From a virus: a stretch of DNA of 64,000 bases. Shown here piece by piece: positions 16,767 to 26,700 of this stretch. Position numbers and translations under genes: made by a program. The notes under the pieces were generated by a model. That model made no database searches and had not been told where the DNA came from. It saw only the letters and a list, made by a program, of their open reading frames with translations. Each line of letters opens with the position of its first letter. Position 1 is the first letter of the stretch. The DNA is taken from IMG/VR virus record IMGVR_UViG_3300037467_001950; one strand, written 5' to 3'.

Positions 16767-17621
16767 ATGCCACCCGAAAACACTGCCGAACCCGGCACCG
16801 CTCCCGTCGAAACCCCCACCCCGGCCGCACCGCCGGCGCCTCCCGCGCCTCCGGCTCCGCCGGCTCCCCCTGCCGATCAGCCGGTCGAACCGGCCGCCGG
16901 TGCCACCGGGGAGAAGGTGTTCGGCGAGAAGTATGTCCACGAACTGCGTGAAGAGGCCAAGACCAACCGTCTCGAACTGCAGAAGGCGATCGCCGACGCT
17001 GAGGAGAAGGCCCAGAAGGCCGCCGCCGAAGCCGCCGCGAACGCCACCCGCGAATTGACCCAGAACCTGGGGAAGGCCCTGGGTTTGGTCAACGACGACA
17101 CCCCGCCCACCCCGGAAGCTCTGCTGGAGCAGGCCAAGGCCGCCCAGGCCGAAGCCGAATCCCAGCGCGCGGCTGCTGAGGCTGCCGCGAAGGCGGCCGC
17201 GGATGCGGCGCGTGCGGCGCAGGTGGAGGCCGAACTGTATCGGCGTGCCACCACCGCTGGGGCGGACCCGTTGGCGTTGATCGACTCGCGGCAGTTCATG
17301 ACCCGGCCCGACGTGCTCGCACTCGACCCCAGCTCCGCGGAGTTCAGCACGGCGGTGGATGCGGTGATCCGCTCCGCTGTCGACGCCGACCCACGGTATC
17401 GGGCCGCGCGTGTGGCTGCCCCTCGCTCCGGTGGCAATCACGCCGCCGGCTCCGGGGACCCGTCTTCCGGTGCGCCGACCAACACATCGGTGCAGCAGTT
17501 CATCGACGAGAAGTTCCGGGACTTGTCCGGCGGTAAGGGCGGCAAGGTCCATTCGCGGTTCCTGCGCGGCGTCGAGCGCGGCGTCAGCGCCGACCCGATC
17601 CCGGGCCAACCGCTGGGATAA
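16767..17621 (+). CDS. scaffolding protein
   Basis: ATG 16767 follows GGGAGAGAGA. Ala/Glu-rich coiled coil with a PAPP repeat at the N-terminus, directly upstream of the capsid gene. Confidence 0.7.
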   Translation: MPPENTAEPGTAPVETPTPAAPPAPPAPPAPPAPPADQPVEPAAGATGEKVFGEKYVHELREEAKTNRLELQKAIADAEEKAQKAAAEAAANATRELTQNLGKALGLVNDDTPPTPEALLEQAKAAQAEAESQRAAAEAAAKAAADAARAAQVEAELYRRATTAGADPLALIDSRQFMTRPDVLALDPSSAEFSTAVDAVIRSAVDADPRYRAARVAAPRSGGNHAAGSGDPSSGAPTNTSVQQFIDEKFRDLSGGKGGKVHSRFLRGVERGVSADPIPGQPLG

Positions 17622-17652
17622 CCCCCCCTCCCGCGCCCAGTTGTGGGCGCGC

Positions 17653-17675
17653 ACAACCGAATACCAATTGAATAG
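17653..17675 (+). promoter_or_regulatory. start-associated motif, double copy (ACAACCGAATAC + CAATTGAATAG)
   Basis: Lies upstream of the capsid GTG 17688. Confidence 0.5.
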
Positions 17676-17687
17676 AGGCAACCCGTC

Positions 17688-18602
17688 GTGGCGAATGTCT
17701 TTCTCACCCCGGAGTTGATCGCCCAGCGCGCCCTGGCGAACCTGTACCCGTCGCTGGTCATGGTGCCGCTGGTCTACACCGATGTGAGCTCGCAGTTCTC
17801 GGCTCAGAAGATCGGTAACACGATCAACATCCGCAAGCCCACCACGTTCACCGCCGAGGAGTTCGACGACACCTCCGGCATCACCATCCAGTCCGCCAAC
17901 GAGTCGGCGATCCCGGTCACCCTCGACACCATCGCCGACGTGTCGTTCGCGGTCACCACCGAGCAGCTGACCCTCGACATCGTCAACTTTGACGAGCAGC
18001 TGCTCACGCCGGCCTGCATGGCGTTGGCGGAGAAGGTCGATCAGGACATCCTGTCGCTGCGCTCGAACATCTCCAACACCGTCGGCACCAACTCCGGCTA
18101 CACCTGGGACACCCCCGAGGTGCTGATCGACTCCGGCCGCGTGCTGGATCAGGCCAACCTGCCGTCGTCGGCTCGCCACACCATCATCGGCCCGGCGACC
18201 AAGGCCAAGTGGCTCAACTCGCAGGACCTCAAGTACGTGATGAACGCCGGTACCAACGAGGATCTGCGTGCCGGTTCGCTCGGCGCCAGCCTGTTCGGCT
18301 CCGACATCTTCGTCACCACCAACATCGCCTCGCCCCCGGCCGACACCGCCGCGGGCCTGCCGACCACCGAGGTCGGTGTGATGTTCCACGAGACCGCGTT
18401 CTGCTTCGCCAGCGCTCCGCTGGAGCTGGCGCCGGGTTCGTTCGCGTCGGTGCAGACCTACAACGGTCTGTCGATTCGTGTGGCCTACGCCTACGACATC
18501 AACCACAAGAAGTTCATCTGCTCGCTGGACACCCTGTACGGCGTGAAGACCCTCGACCCCAACCGTGCCTGCCTGTTGCAGGGCGCGCTGACCGTCAGCT
18601 AG
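17688..18602 (+). CDS. major capsid protein
   Basis: 304 aa, downstream of the scaffold gene. The N-terminus MANVFLTPELIAQRAL resembles P22-coat-like/HK97-fold capsids of actinophages. Confidence 0.8.
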   Translation: MANVFLTPELIAQRALANLYPSLVMVPLVYTDVSSQFSAQKIGNTINIRKPTTFTAEEFDDTSGITIQSANESAIPVTLDTIADVSFAVTTEQLTLDIVNFDEQLLTPACMALAEKVDQDILSLRSNISNTVGTNSGYTWDTPEVLIDSGRVLDQANLPSSARHTIIGPATKAKWLNSQDLKYVMNAGTNEDLRAGSLGASLFGSDIFVTTNIASPPADTAAGLPTTEVGVMFHETAFCFASAPLELAPGSFASVQTYNGLSIRVAYAYDINHKKFICSLDTLYGVKTLDPNRACLLQGALTVS

Positions 18603-18614
18603 GAGGGCTGAAAG

Positions 18615-18839
18615 ATGAAGGTGCGTCACAAGACTCACGGAACCGTGGTCGAGGTGCCCGAGGAGCTGGCGAGCTGGTCTCCGGACCGCAGCGCCGGCCG
18701 CAAGCGCCCCGGCAAGCCGCAGTCGACCCCGTGGTTCCAGTGGGCCCAGTGGGAGCAGGTCGACGATTCCACCCCGGTCACCACGACCGCGAAGGCCGAA
18801 CCGGACGACAAGGCGGCCGCCGCCAAGTCGAGCAAGTAG
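18615..18839 (+). CDS. hypothetical protein
   Basis: ATG 18615 follows AGGAGGG. Confidence 0.5.
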   Translation: MKVRHKTHGTVVEVPEELASWSPDRSAGRKRPGKPQSTPWFQWAQWEQVDDSTPVTTTAKAEPDDKAAAAKSSK

Positions 18840-18854
18840 GGGCGGGGGGTCGCT

Positions 18855-19325
18855 GTGCTGATCTATGCGACCTCCACCGACCTGACCGGCGGCGGGTGGC
18901 TGACCAGCGACCAGCTCCCGGCCAACGTGGCCGCGCTGCTGCGCCAAGCCTCGGAGATGGTGCGTTTCGCTACCCGCACCGACCGTTACTACGTCTACCC
19001 GCTGGGGCCCGGCGACGCGATTCCGTCGTCGGCCCCGGCGGGCACCGACGACGGTAAGCCGACCGATCCGGTGCTGAGCCAAGCGTTCTGCGACGCGGTG
19101 TGCCAGCAGGTCACCTACTGGGTCAACGCCGCCCTCAACCCTGATGCCGGTTTGGCCGGGCTGGAGCCGGTGATCCATTCCCAGACCGTGCCCGGCGGGT
19201 CGGTCACCTACGCGGTGGCCATGACCCAGCAATGGCAGGAGCAGGCGATCAACGACCTGTGCCAGGCGTCGGTGGTCATCCTGCGCAACGCCGGACTGTG
19301 CGGCAACCGGCCGAATCTGATGTGA
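18855..19325 (+). CDS. head-to-tail adaptor (call based on position)
   Basis: GTG 18855. The call rests on synteny after the capsid gene. Confidence 0.5.
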   Translation: MLIYATSTDLTGGGWLTSDQLPANVAALLRQASEMVRFATRTDRYYVYPLGPGDAIPSSAPAGTDDGKPTDPVLSQAFCDAVCQQVTYWVNAALNPDAGLAGLEPVIHSQTVPGGSVTYAVAMTQQWQEQAINDLCQASVVILRNAGLCGNRPNLM

Positions 19326-19335
19326 GGAGGCCGCG

Positions 19336-19686
19336 GTGACCGTCGCCTCCGATCTGTCGTTCCCGGCCGGGTCGATGCTCGCGATCATCCGCGCCCCCTC
19401 CTACGACCCGTTCGGCGACGGCGCGCGAGCGATCCACCACTGGATCGGCCCGTGCGACATGCCGTTTCTGACCGGCCGCGGCTGGCAGCTACACGCCGAA
19501 CGGGAGTCGCGCGCCCATGTCGTCATCGACATACGCGCCCCCGCCGATTCCGATGTGCGCAAGTCGGACTGGGTGCAGCTGCCCAGCGGGGTGGTGGTGG
19601 CGGTGGTGTCCGAACCGAACCGTCCGCGCAACCCCTTCACCGGGTGGTCGCCGTTCATCCACTTCACGGTGGAGGAGGTGAGCTGA
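19336..19686 (+). CDS. head-tail connector component (call based on position)
   Basis: GTG 19336 follows GAGGAGG. Confidence 0.5.
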   Translation: MTVASDLSFPAGSMLAIIRAPSYDPFGDGARAIHHWIGPCDMPFLTGRGWQLHAERESRAHVVIDIRAPADSDVRKSDWVQLPSGVVVAVVSEPNRPRNPFTGWSPFIHFTVEEVS

Positions 19687-20000
19687 TGCTGTACAACCCC
19701 ACCGGCAACAACCTGCGTGAGGTGCCCAAGTCCTCCCCGCAGCTCAAGGCGCTGATGCGCCGCAAAGCCCGCGCGGGCATGGACTATTGGCGTTCCCACA
19801 GCGTGGTCGACACCGGCTACAACGCCTCCCACGTGGAGGGCCGTGACGGGTCGTCGGCCGAAGGCAACTTCCAGGCGATCATCTATTGCACCGGCTACTA
19901 CGCGAAGTGGCGTGAGATCGGCAGCTCCCGGGCCGGGCCTCGCGCGCCGGAATGGGTGCTGCGCCGGTCGATCCCGACGATTCGGGAGGCCGGCGGATGA
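19686..20000 (+). CDS. head-tail joining protein (call based on position)
   Basis: ATG 19686 overlaps the previous stop. Confidence 0.5.
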   Translation: MLYNPTGNNLREVPKSSPQLKALMRRKARAGMDYWRSHSVVDTGYNASHVEGRDGSSAEGNFQAIIYCTGYYAKWREIGSSRAGPRAPEWVLRRSIPTIREAGG

Positions 20001-20452
20001 CCGCACCCGAGACCGGTACCGGGTCGCTGTCGGTGGCCCTGGATGCCCCCTACCCGGAGCCGGGTGAGTTCCCGGACTGGGAGCAGGTGCTTATCGACCT
20101 GTTGACACCGATCGCTTACACCTGCCAGACGTTGCCGCCTTCTGCTGATGATCTGCAGGCGGCGTTGCCGTTGCTGTGGGTGCGCCGCGACGGCGGCGGC
20201 CTGGACTTCAACGCCATCACCGACACCGCGAACGTGCGGATCGTGGCCATGAGCCACACCCGTTCGGCCAGCTGGAGGCTGGCGCGTCAGGTGCGTGAGG
20301 CGGTCCTCGCCTGCCCGGCCGGATCGGTGAACGGGGTGCTCGTGGATTGGTGCGAGGAGATCACCGGCGAGCTGGAGATCGGCGACGCCGATCCGCTCAA
20401 CCGCACGGTGGAAGTCGCTTTCCGGATGATGGCGCGTCGCCAAAACCCTTGA
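19997..20452 (+). CDS. tail terminator (call based on position)
   Basis: ATG 19997 (ATGA overlap). It directly precedes the major tail gene. Confidence 0.5.
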   Translation: MTAPETGTGSLSVALDAPYPEPGEFPDWEQVLIDLLTPIAYTCQTLPPSADDLQAALPLLWVRRDGGGLDFNAITDTANVRIVAMSHTRSASWRLARQVREAVLACPAGSVNGVLVDWCEEITGELEIGDADPLNRTVEVAFRMMARRQNP

Positions 20453-20469
20453 CCTGCAACGCTTTACAG

Positions 20470-20481
20470 AAAACTGAATAG
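20470..20481 (+). promoter_or_regulatory. start-associated motif copy (AAAACTGAATAG)
   Basis: Lies upstream of the major tail ATG 20492. Confidence 0.45.
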
Positions 20482-20491
20482 AGGCTACCGG

Positions 20492-21415
20492 ATGACTGGT
20501 ACGACCCTTTCCGCCTTGAAGGCAGCGCAGAACTCGCTGCTGCTCAAGCCGTTGGATGCCGTCGTGTTCCTGGCGCCGTGGTACACCGCCGCGCCCACCT
20601 CCTACACCGACTCCACCGCCACCCTGCAAACCCTGCCGACCGCGTTCAAGTCCGTCGGCTACATCGACAAGAAGTCCGGTGTCGCGTTCGCCCGCAACAT
20701 CACCGCGGCCCCGATCGACTCCTACGGCGAGCTGGAGCCGACCCGCGACGACGTCACCGACGATGTGACCACGCTCGAATTCGAGCCGCAGGAAACCAAT
20801 GTCACCACCCTGCAGCTGACCACCAACACCAACCTCGCGGCGGTGCTGGCCGACGGGTCGAGCGGTGAGGTGTTCTTCGCCCAGCCGATCGCCCCGCAGA
20901 TCACCTACTACTCGGCGATCGTGATCGGTAAGGACGGCAACGACGCCGCGCCGATTTACATCATCAAGCACATGCCGAAGGTGGCGGTCACCAAGTACGC
21001 CGGCGAGCAGTGGACCCCCACCACCCTGGTGTCCCAGAAGCTCACCCTGACCGCGTTCAAGGACGACACCGTCGGCTATGCGGTGGGCCACGGCTTCGGC
21101 GGCCTGGGCTGGAAGAACATCCTGTCCCAGACCGGGTTCACCTACACCGTGTCCGCGATCACCGTGACCCCGACGACGCTGTCGCTGTCCCACACCGGCT
21201 CCCCGTCGGCGCCGCTGGTGGTCAAGGATCAGATGGGCACCGTCATCCCGAACGCGTCGGTGACCTTCACCAGCTCGCAGACCAGCTACGCGACGGTCGC
21301 CTCCACCGGCATCGTGACCCCGGTGGCGGCCGGTTCGACCACGGTTACCGCCTCCTACACCCCGCCGGGTGCCGGCTCGCCGCTCACCGCGACCTGCTCC
21401 GTCACCGTCACCTAG
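20492..21415 (+). CDS. major tail protein with a C-terminal Ig-like (Big_2-type) domain
   Basis: The C-terminus ITVTPTTLSLSHTGSPSAPLVVKDQMGTVIPNASVTFTSSQTSYATVASTGIVTPVAAGSTTVTASY is a Big_2-like repeat. Confidence 0.8.
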   Translation: MTGTTLSALKAAQNSLLLKPLDAVVFLAPWYTAAPTSYTDSTATLQTLPTAFKSVGYIDKKSGVAFARNITAAPIDSYGELEPTRDDVTDDVTTLEFEPQETNVTTLQLTTNTNLAAVLADGSSGEVFFAQPIAPQITYYSAIVIGKDGNDAAPIYIIKHMPKVAVTKYAGEQWTPTTLVSQKLTLTAFKDDTVGYAVGHGFGGLGWKNILSQTGFTYTVSAITVTPTTLSLSHTGSPSAPLVVKDQMGTVIPNASVTFTSSQTSYATVASTGIVTPVAAGSTTVTASYTPPGAGSPLTATCSVTVT

Positions 21416-21489
21416 TCACGGCGCGCCCCGCACCCCGCCTCCACCATCTGCTGGTGGGGGCGGGGTCGGCATGGTCAGCAAGGAGCCTC

Positions 21490-21780
21490 ATGCCCAACAC
21501 CATTCCGACCGATTTCCCGGTCACCCTCGTCGCCGATGATGGCCACGAATACGAGGTCACCACCCCGGCGGCGTATGTGACCGCGGTGTTTTCCCTCGGC
21601 CACAAGCCCAAGCCCGCCGCCTCCGCCCCGGCCCCGGCGCCGAACCCGGCGCCCACTCCGGAACCGGAGAAACCGCCGGTCAAGGGCTCGACCCCGAGCG
21701 TTGTCGGTCTCGACGAGATCGCCTCGCTCGTGCCGCGGAAATCCGAACCGACCCCGACCAGCAAGGAAGAAGGCAAATAG
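21490..21780 (+). CDS. hypothetical Pro/Ala-rich protein
   Basis: ATG 21490, 96 aa. Confidence 0.45.
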   Translation: MPNTIPTDFPVTLVADDGHEYEVTTPAAYVTAVFSLGHKPKPAASAPAPAPNPAPTPEPEKPPVKGSTPSVVGLDEIASLVPRKSEPTPTSKEEGK

Positions 21781-21782
21781 CC

Positions 21783-21971
21783 ATGGGTCAGACCGCTACC
21801 CCCAACTCGTCCGCCCCTGCCACCCCGGTCACCTCCACCCCGGCCTCGGAGTACTCCATGGTCGGCAGTGAGTCGATCGCCCAGGCCCACCCCAGCGACG
21901 CCCGCGCCCAAGGCGGCGGCTCGTCGGGCCCCATCGACGTGATCGGCACCGACGGCGCGCTGCGTCTGTGA
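21783..21971 (+). CDS. hypothetical protein
   Basis: ATG 21783, 62 aa. Confidence 0.4.
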   Translation: MGQTATPNSSAPATPVTSTPASEYSMVGSESIAQAHPSDARAQGGGSSGPIDVIGTDGALRL

Positions 21972-22020
21972 CACATCGCTGAAATCCATTCCCCCACAAA
22001 CGAATCCCCACGGAGAGCAG

Positions 22021-22353
22021 ATGGCAGGCAAGAAGACCGAGGACGGACAGACCCCCGAGCAGGCGCGTGAGGGCCGGTTCTACGAGCTGCAAGATCAGCT
22101 GGCGCCCGCGCGGCGCGGCCACTACCAGCTCACCCCGGACATCGTGTTGGCGATGCCGACGCGCCGCCACCTCAAGGCCTTCCGCAACGCCCCCGACGAC
22201 GAATCGAAGATCGCCGCGCTGCTGGGCGAGCGGTACACCGAGGTGGATGCGCTGTTCGAGGACCGTCCGGCCGACGAGTGGTTGGCGTTCCAGCGCGACT
22301 ACTACGACCACTTCTTCGGCGCCGGTGCGGCTGCTCTGCCGGGGGGATCGTAG
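22021..22353 (+). CDS. tail assembly chaperone (G-like, short product)
   Basis: ATG 22021 follows GGAGAG. It lies upstream of the tape measure gene. Confidence 0.7.
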   Translation: MAGKKTEDGQTPEQAREGRFYELQDQLAPARRGHYQLTPDIVLAMPTRRHLKAFRNAPDDESKIAALLGERYTEVDALFEDRPADEWLAFQRDYYDHFFGAGAAALPGGS

Positions 22354-22829
22354 GGCTCATAGCGTTCTGGGAACGCTATGGGCCAGCCCTGGACTATGAC
22401 CTGCTGGACCGGGGTATCGACGTGCGGCGCTGCTTCGGGCCCGCGCACCTGCGCGAGCTGGACTGGCGCACCGTCTGGTCGTTCAAGGACCGGCTGCCGC
22501 GCGGCGCGCACTACAAGGCGGCACTGGCGATGGACCCGGATTTGGCGGACAAGCTGCTCGAACGCGAAGACGATCCGGAGTTCACCGAGGAACCCGCGGC
22601 CACCCCGGAGGGCTACACCACCGAAACGTATCTGCTGTTGTCGGTGATCGACGCCCTGATGGGTGTGCAGGCCGCCGTCATCGCCGCCGCCGGCGCCGAC
22701 CCGCCGTCGATCGCGCCGATGCCGCGGCCCATCACCGCATTGGACGAGGCCCGCGAGCGCAAACGGATGCGCAACATGCAGGCGCTGATCGACCAGTTCA
22801 CCCAGCCCTCCGGGGCCCTCTTCGAATGA
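22021..22829 (+). CDS. tail assembly chaperone, -1 frameshift product (GT-like)
   Basis: Slippery run G GGG GGA at 22341-22347, just before the TAG at 22351. The -1 frame continues as ...GGIVGLIAFWERYGP... to 22829. Confidence 0.6.
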
Positions 22830-22845
22830 AAAGGTTTCAAGGCCA

Positions 22846-23229
22846 ATGCGTTTGAGCGCTGTTCTTCCCGCCCAGTCGGCCGGTGGTTCCACGTCGGTGA
22901 CGATGGCCGGTGTCTACTACCCCGAGCAGGGTCAGTCCGACACCATCAACGCCATCTACTTCACCGCGCCGTCGACCATCACCGGCACCAACACCAACTA
23001 CTTCACCGTCAACGTGCGCCAGCTGCGCGCGGGCACTGTGGTCGCCACCCTCGCCACCAAGGCGTTCACCTCCGGCACCAACGCTGCCGCCGAGAACCCG
23101 GTATCGCTGGCGACCCCGGCGTCGCCGGTGCTGCTCGAGGCCGGCGACGTCGTCGATGTTCAGCTGGTACAGACCGGCACCGGCCTCGCCGTCCCGGCGG
23201 GCTGCCTGGTCACGGTGATGATCAGCTAG
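22846..23229 (+). CDS. hypothetical beta-rich protein inserted between the chaperones and the tape measure
   Basis: 127 aa with a weak RBS. An alternative start is ATG 22903. Confidence 0.45.
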   Translation: MRLSAVLPAQSAGGSTSVTMAGVYYPEQGQSDTINAIYFTAPSTITGTNTNYFTVNVRQLRAGTVVATLATKAFTSGTNAAAENPVSLATPASPVLLEAGDVVDVQLVQTGTGLAVPAGCLVTVMIS

Positions 23230-23564
23230 CTACCGCACAGGGCGCGGTTCTCGCGCTCGAACACCGCGGCCGTGTTCGCCTTGCTCCGGTTGTACTGGGC
23301 GAGCGCGGCCTGCCAGCGGTTGTACTCATCGGTTTGGGTGTAGCTGTTGGTGGTGTCGGCGAACATCTCGTACTGGCGTTTCGCGGCACCGGCCGCGACC
23401 GCGTCGGCGTACTGGGCCCTCTCCGCGTCGTACAGCGCTTGGCTGTATTTGCCGCAGCTGGTCAGCCCGTCGTAGTAGCCGTCGGCGGTCGCGGTGCCCG
23501 CGACCACGGCAGGGATCAGTGCACCCACCGCGGCCGCGGTGAGGGCCAATGTGCGCATACGCAT
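23226..23564 (-). CDS. secreted protein (signal peptide), reverse-oriented moron
   Basis: Reverse ATG 23564 follows GGGGGAGA. MRMRTLALTAAAVGALIPAVVAGTATA is a Sec-type signal. The mature part has two Cys residues. Confidence 0.6.
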   Translation of the reverse strand: MRMRTLALTAAAVGALIPAVVAGTATADGYYDGLTSCGKYSQALYDAERAQYADAVAAGAAKRQYEMFADTTNSYTQTDEYNRWQAALAQYNRSKANTAAVFERENRALCGS

Positions 23565-23678
23565 TTCGGGTCTCCCCCGTTGAAGAAATGGCTCTCGTGT
23601 GGTGGCCGAACGGCCACCGACAAAGTGTAGAACCTCCCGCACCCGATCCATAGCCCTCGGCTCTGAATCGGGTGCGTC

Positions 23679-23690
23679 ACAACTGAATAC
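23679..23690 (+). promoter_or_regulatory. start-associated motif copy (ACAACTGAATAC)
   Basis: Lies upstream of the tape measure GTG 23707. Confidence 0.5.
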
Positions 23691-23706
23691 AGGGGCGGTG
23701 AGAACC

Positions 23707-26700
23707 GTGGCAGCTGACTACAGCGCCTACGACGCCGGAACGGCGTATCTCACCATCGAAGCTCGTCTCGACGACGACTTCGAGGCCAAGATCGCTGGTG
23801 CGCTGCAAGGCATCCCAGCCCAGCAGATCGCGGTCACCCCCGACATGGACGGGTTCACCAAAGACCTCGACGACAGCTGGAAAAGCCTCGACCACACCCT
23901 CAGCGTGAAGGTGCAGGCCGACCAGGACGCCCTCGCCGAGTTGGCCAAGCCGATCGAGCTGGTGGCCACCCTCGACACCACCGCCGCGCAGGCCGAACTC
24001 GACCGGTTCCGCGCCGAACTGCCCACGATCACCCTCTACGCCGCCCTCGACACCGCGGGCGCCGAGGCCGATCTGCAGCGGTTGCGCGACGACGCGGCCG
24101 CCGAGCCGGTGACCGTGCGCACCGACACCGACCAGGCGCAAGGTCAGGTCACGCTCGACACCAAGCCCGCCGAGCAGACGCTATCGGAATTCTTTGCACA
24201 AGAGCTGGTTTTCACTGTCCCGCTGGCTTTGGACACCTCCATCGCCGAGGAGCAACTAGCCGAGTTCCGGGCCAAGGCCGCCGAGCCGGTGACGATGAAA
24301 ATCAACGTCACCGAGTCCGGCGGGGGCACCCGGGGCGGCGGCCGGCGCCGCAAGGCCAGCGCCGCCGAAGACGGCCTCGAGGAGCCCACCTACTACCACC
24401 GCGAGCCGGTGGACCTCGACGCCTACATGGCCAGCCGTTCGGCCGCCCAAACCGATCAGGCCCAGGCGGCGCAGCGCATCCTCTACGGCGCCGCGGAGCA
24501 GAATCCGCAGCTGGCCGCCCAAGAGATCATGGGCGCGGCCAGCCAGACCACGCCGCAGGTGGCGCGTCAGATCGTGTCCGGCGCGCAGATGCACGGCGGC
24601 CCGTGGCCGGCGCCGAGTGCGTTCGGGCAGACCGAACGCCCCACCGACTGGTCGCGCTGGAACTTCGGGGAAAACACCGAGCCCGCGTCCATGCCCGGCG
24701 AGGGCCTGGCCAACCTCACCAAGTTCCTGCAGTCGATCGAGAAGGGCGGCATCGGCGGCGGCGCAAAGGGACTGCCGTCGCTGGTCGGCAGCAAGGATTG
24801 GGCAGGGCTGCTGTCCGACGCCGGCATGATGGGCGGCCCCGAAGCCGGGGCCGCGGTGGCGGCGCTGGGTGCGCTCAAGGGTGTGCTGTCGGACCTGGTG
24901 GGCCCGATCACCGACGCGATCAGCGTGCTGACCGAGGTCACGACCGCGTTCATGAAGTTCTCCCTCATGGGCGGGGGCCTGTCGCTGGGCGGTGCCCTGC
25001 TCGGCGATCTGGGTGCGATCGGCATCACCGGCGCGTTCGGGTTGAAGAACGTTCCGGCAGCGCTGCAGGCGGGGACAGCGCTGCGGGAATGGAACCGCGA
25101 CCCCAACGCCCAGTTGCAGCAGCAGTCGGCGGTGCTGTCGGCGCAGATGGGTGTGCGCACCGCCAACGAGGGTGTGCAGTCTTCGATCTGGAACCAAGGC
25201 GATGCCCTGTTCCAGGCCAAGGCGGCCACCGAGCAGTTGACCATGGCCCAGGAATCGGCCGTGCTGAGTCAGCGATCGCTGAACGACGCCTACAAAGAGG
25301 CTGGTCGCAGCGTCCGCGACATGAACGACGCCCTGGAAGACGCCAAGCTCAAGCAGGAGGGCGCGGCGCTGTCGGTGTCGGCGGCCCGGACCCGGTTGCT
25401 GCAAACACAGATGGATCCGTCGGCGTCGCTGCTGGACAAGCAGCTGGCGTTGCACGAATACAACGTCGCCCAGCAGGGCTACAAGGAGTCCAAGAACAAA
25501 ACCGCCGACCAGACTGTCGACACCGCGATCTCCAATCAGCGTGGGGTGCAACAGAATACGCAGGTTTTGCAGGCTGTGCGCGGGATGCAGTCGGCGACGC
25601 TGGGGGTGGAGGAAGCCGCCCACGCCCAGGTCGACGCCCAGCACCAGATCGTGCAAGCCACCTGGGGAATCGAGAACTCCCTCACGCAGGTGGCGTTGGC
25701 GGCCAACCAGATGAAGATCGCGCTCAACCCGGAGCCGGTGGATCAGTATCACCTTGCGCTGGACAAGCTTTCGCCTTCGGCGCGGGACTTCGTCGAGCAG
25801 ATGCAGGCGATGTACCCGGAGTTGAAGAAGGTCCAGAACGCGATCAGCGATCAGCTGTTCGACCACCTGGCCGATTCGATCCGCAAGTTCCTCAACGACC
25901 AGGGCATCTCCATCACCTCGGCCATGACCGGGATCGCGCACGCCATCAACGGCGGGCTGAAAGACACCCTGCAAGGGCTCGACGACCTGTTCACCAAGCT
26001 GCAGCGTGACGGCACCTGGGACAAGTTCGTCACCGGCGCGGAGAACCTGGCAAAGGGCATGGCCCCCATCATCACCGGGCTGACCGATTTGTTCATCCAG
26101 CTCGGCGCGAAAACGTCCGGCTCCGTCGGCCCGCTGATGACCCAGATCGGGCAGAGCCTGCAAACGCTGGCCCCGGCCCTGGGTGATCTGGCGAACGCGT
26201 TCGCCAAGGGGCTCACCGACGCCCTACCCAGCCTGACGACGATGATCCAGAAGCTCGCCGAGGCCGCGGTGCCGGTGATGCCCGAAATCTCGCACCTGTT
26301 CCAGGTTTTCGCCAACATCCTCTCCGACATCGGCCCCGACCTGGGTCAGATGGTGGGGGCGCTGCTCTCGGACGTGGCCTCGTTCCTGGAGGGCCTGGAG
26401 AAGTCGGGCGGGCTCAAGCAGCTCGTCGACCAGATGCGCGACATGTTCCACCAGATCGGCCCGCTGATGGGCCCTTTGGGCGAGATGGTCGGGCACCTGC
26501 TGCCGGCGCTGTTCGACGTCATCACCCTCGGGATTCCGTGGCTGATGAAGATGGCCCCGGAGTTCGAGAAGTGGTTCCACGAGGCGCAACCGCTGGTGGA
26601 GGCGGCCGGGCACCTGGCCGACCTGCTGCCCGCCATCATGGGCGCGATCGACGATCTGTCTCACCCGTTGCAGTCGATCACCGACCTGTTCAGCGACTGG

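Noticed and set aside
16800-16870. CCGGCGCCTCCCGCGCCTCCGGCTCCGCCGGCTCCCCC-type tandem repeat.
   Set aside because: It encodes the PAPPAPPAPPAPPAPPA tract at the scaffold N-terminus. This is a coding low-complexity repeat, not a regulatory element.
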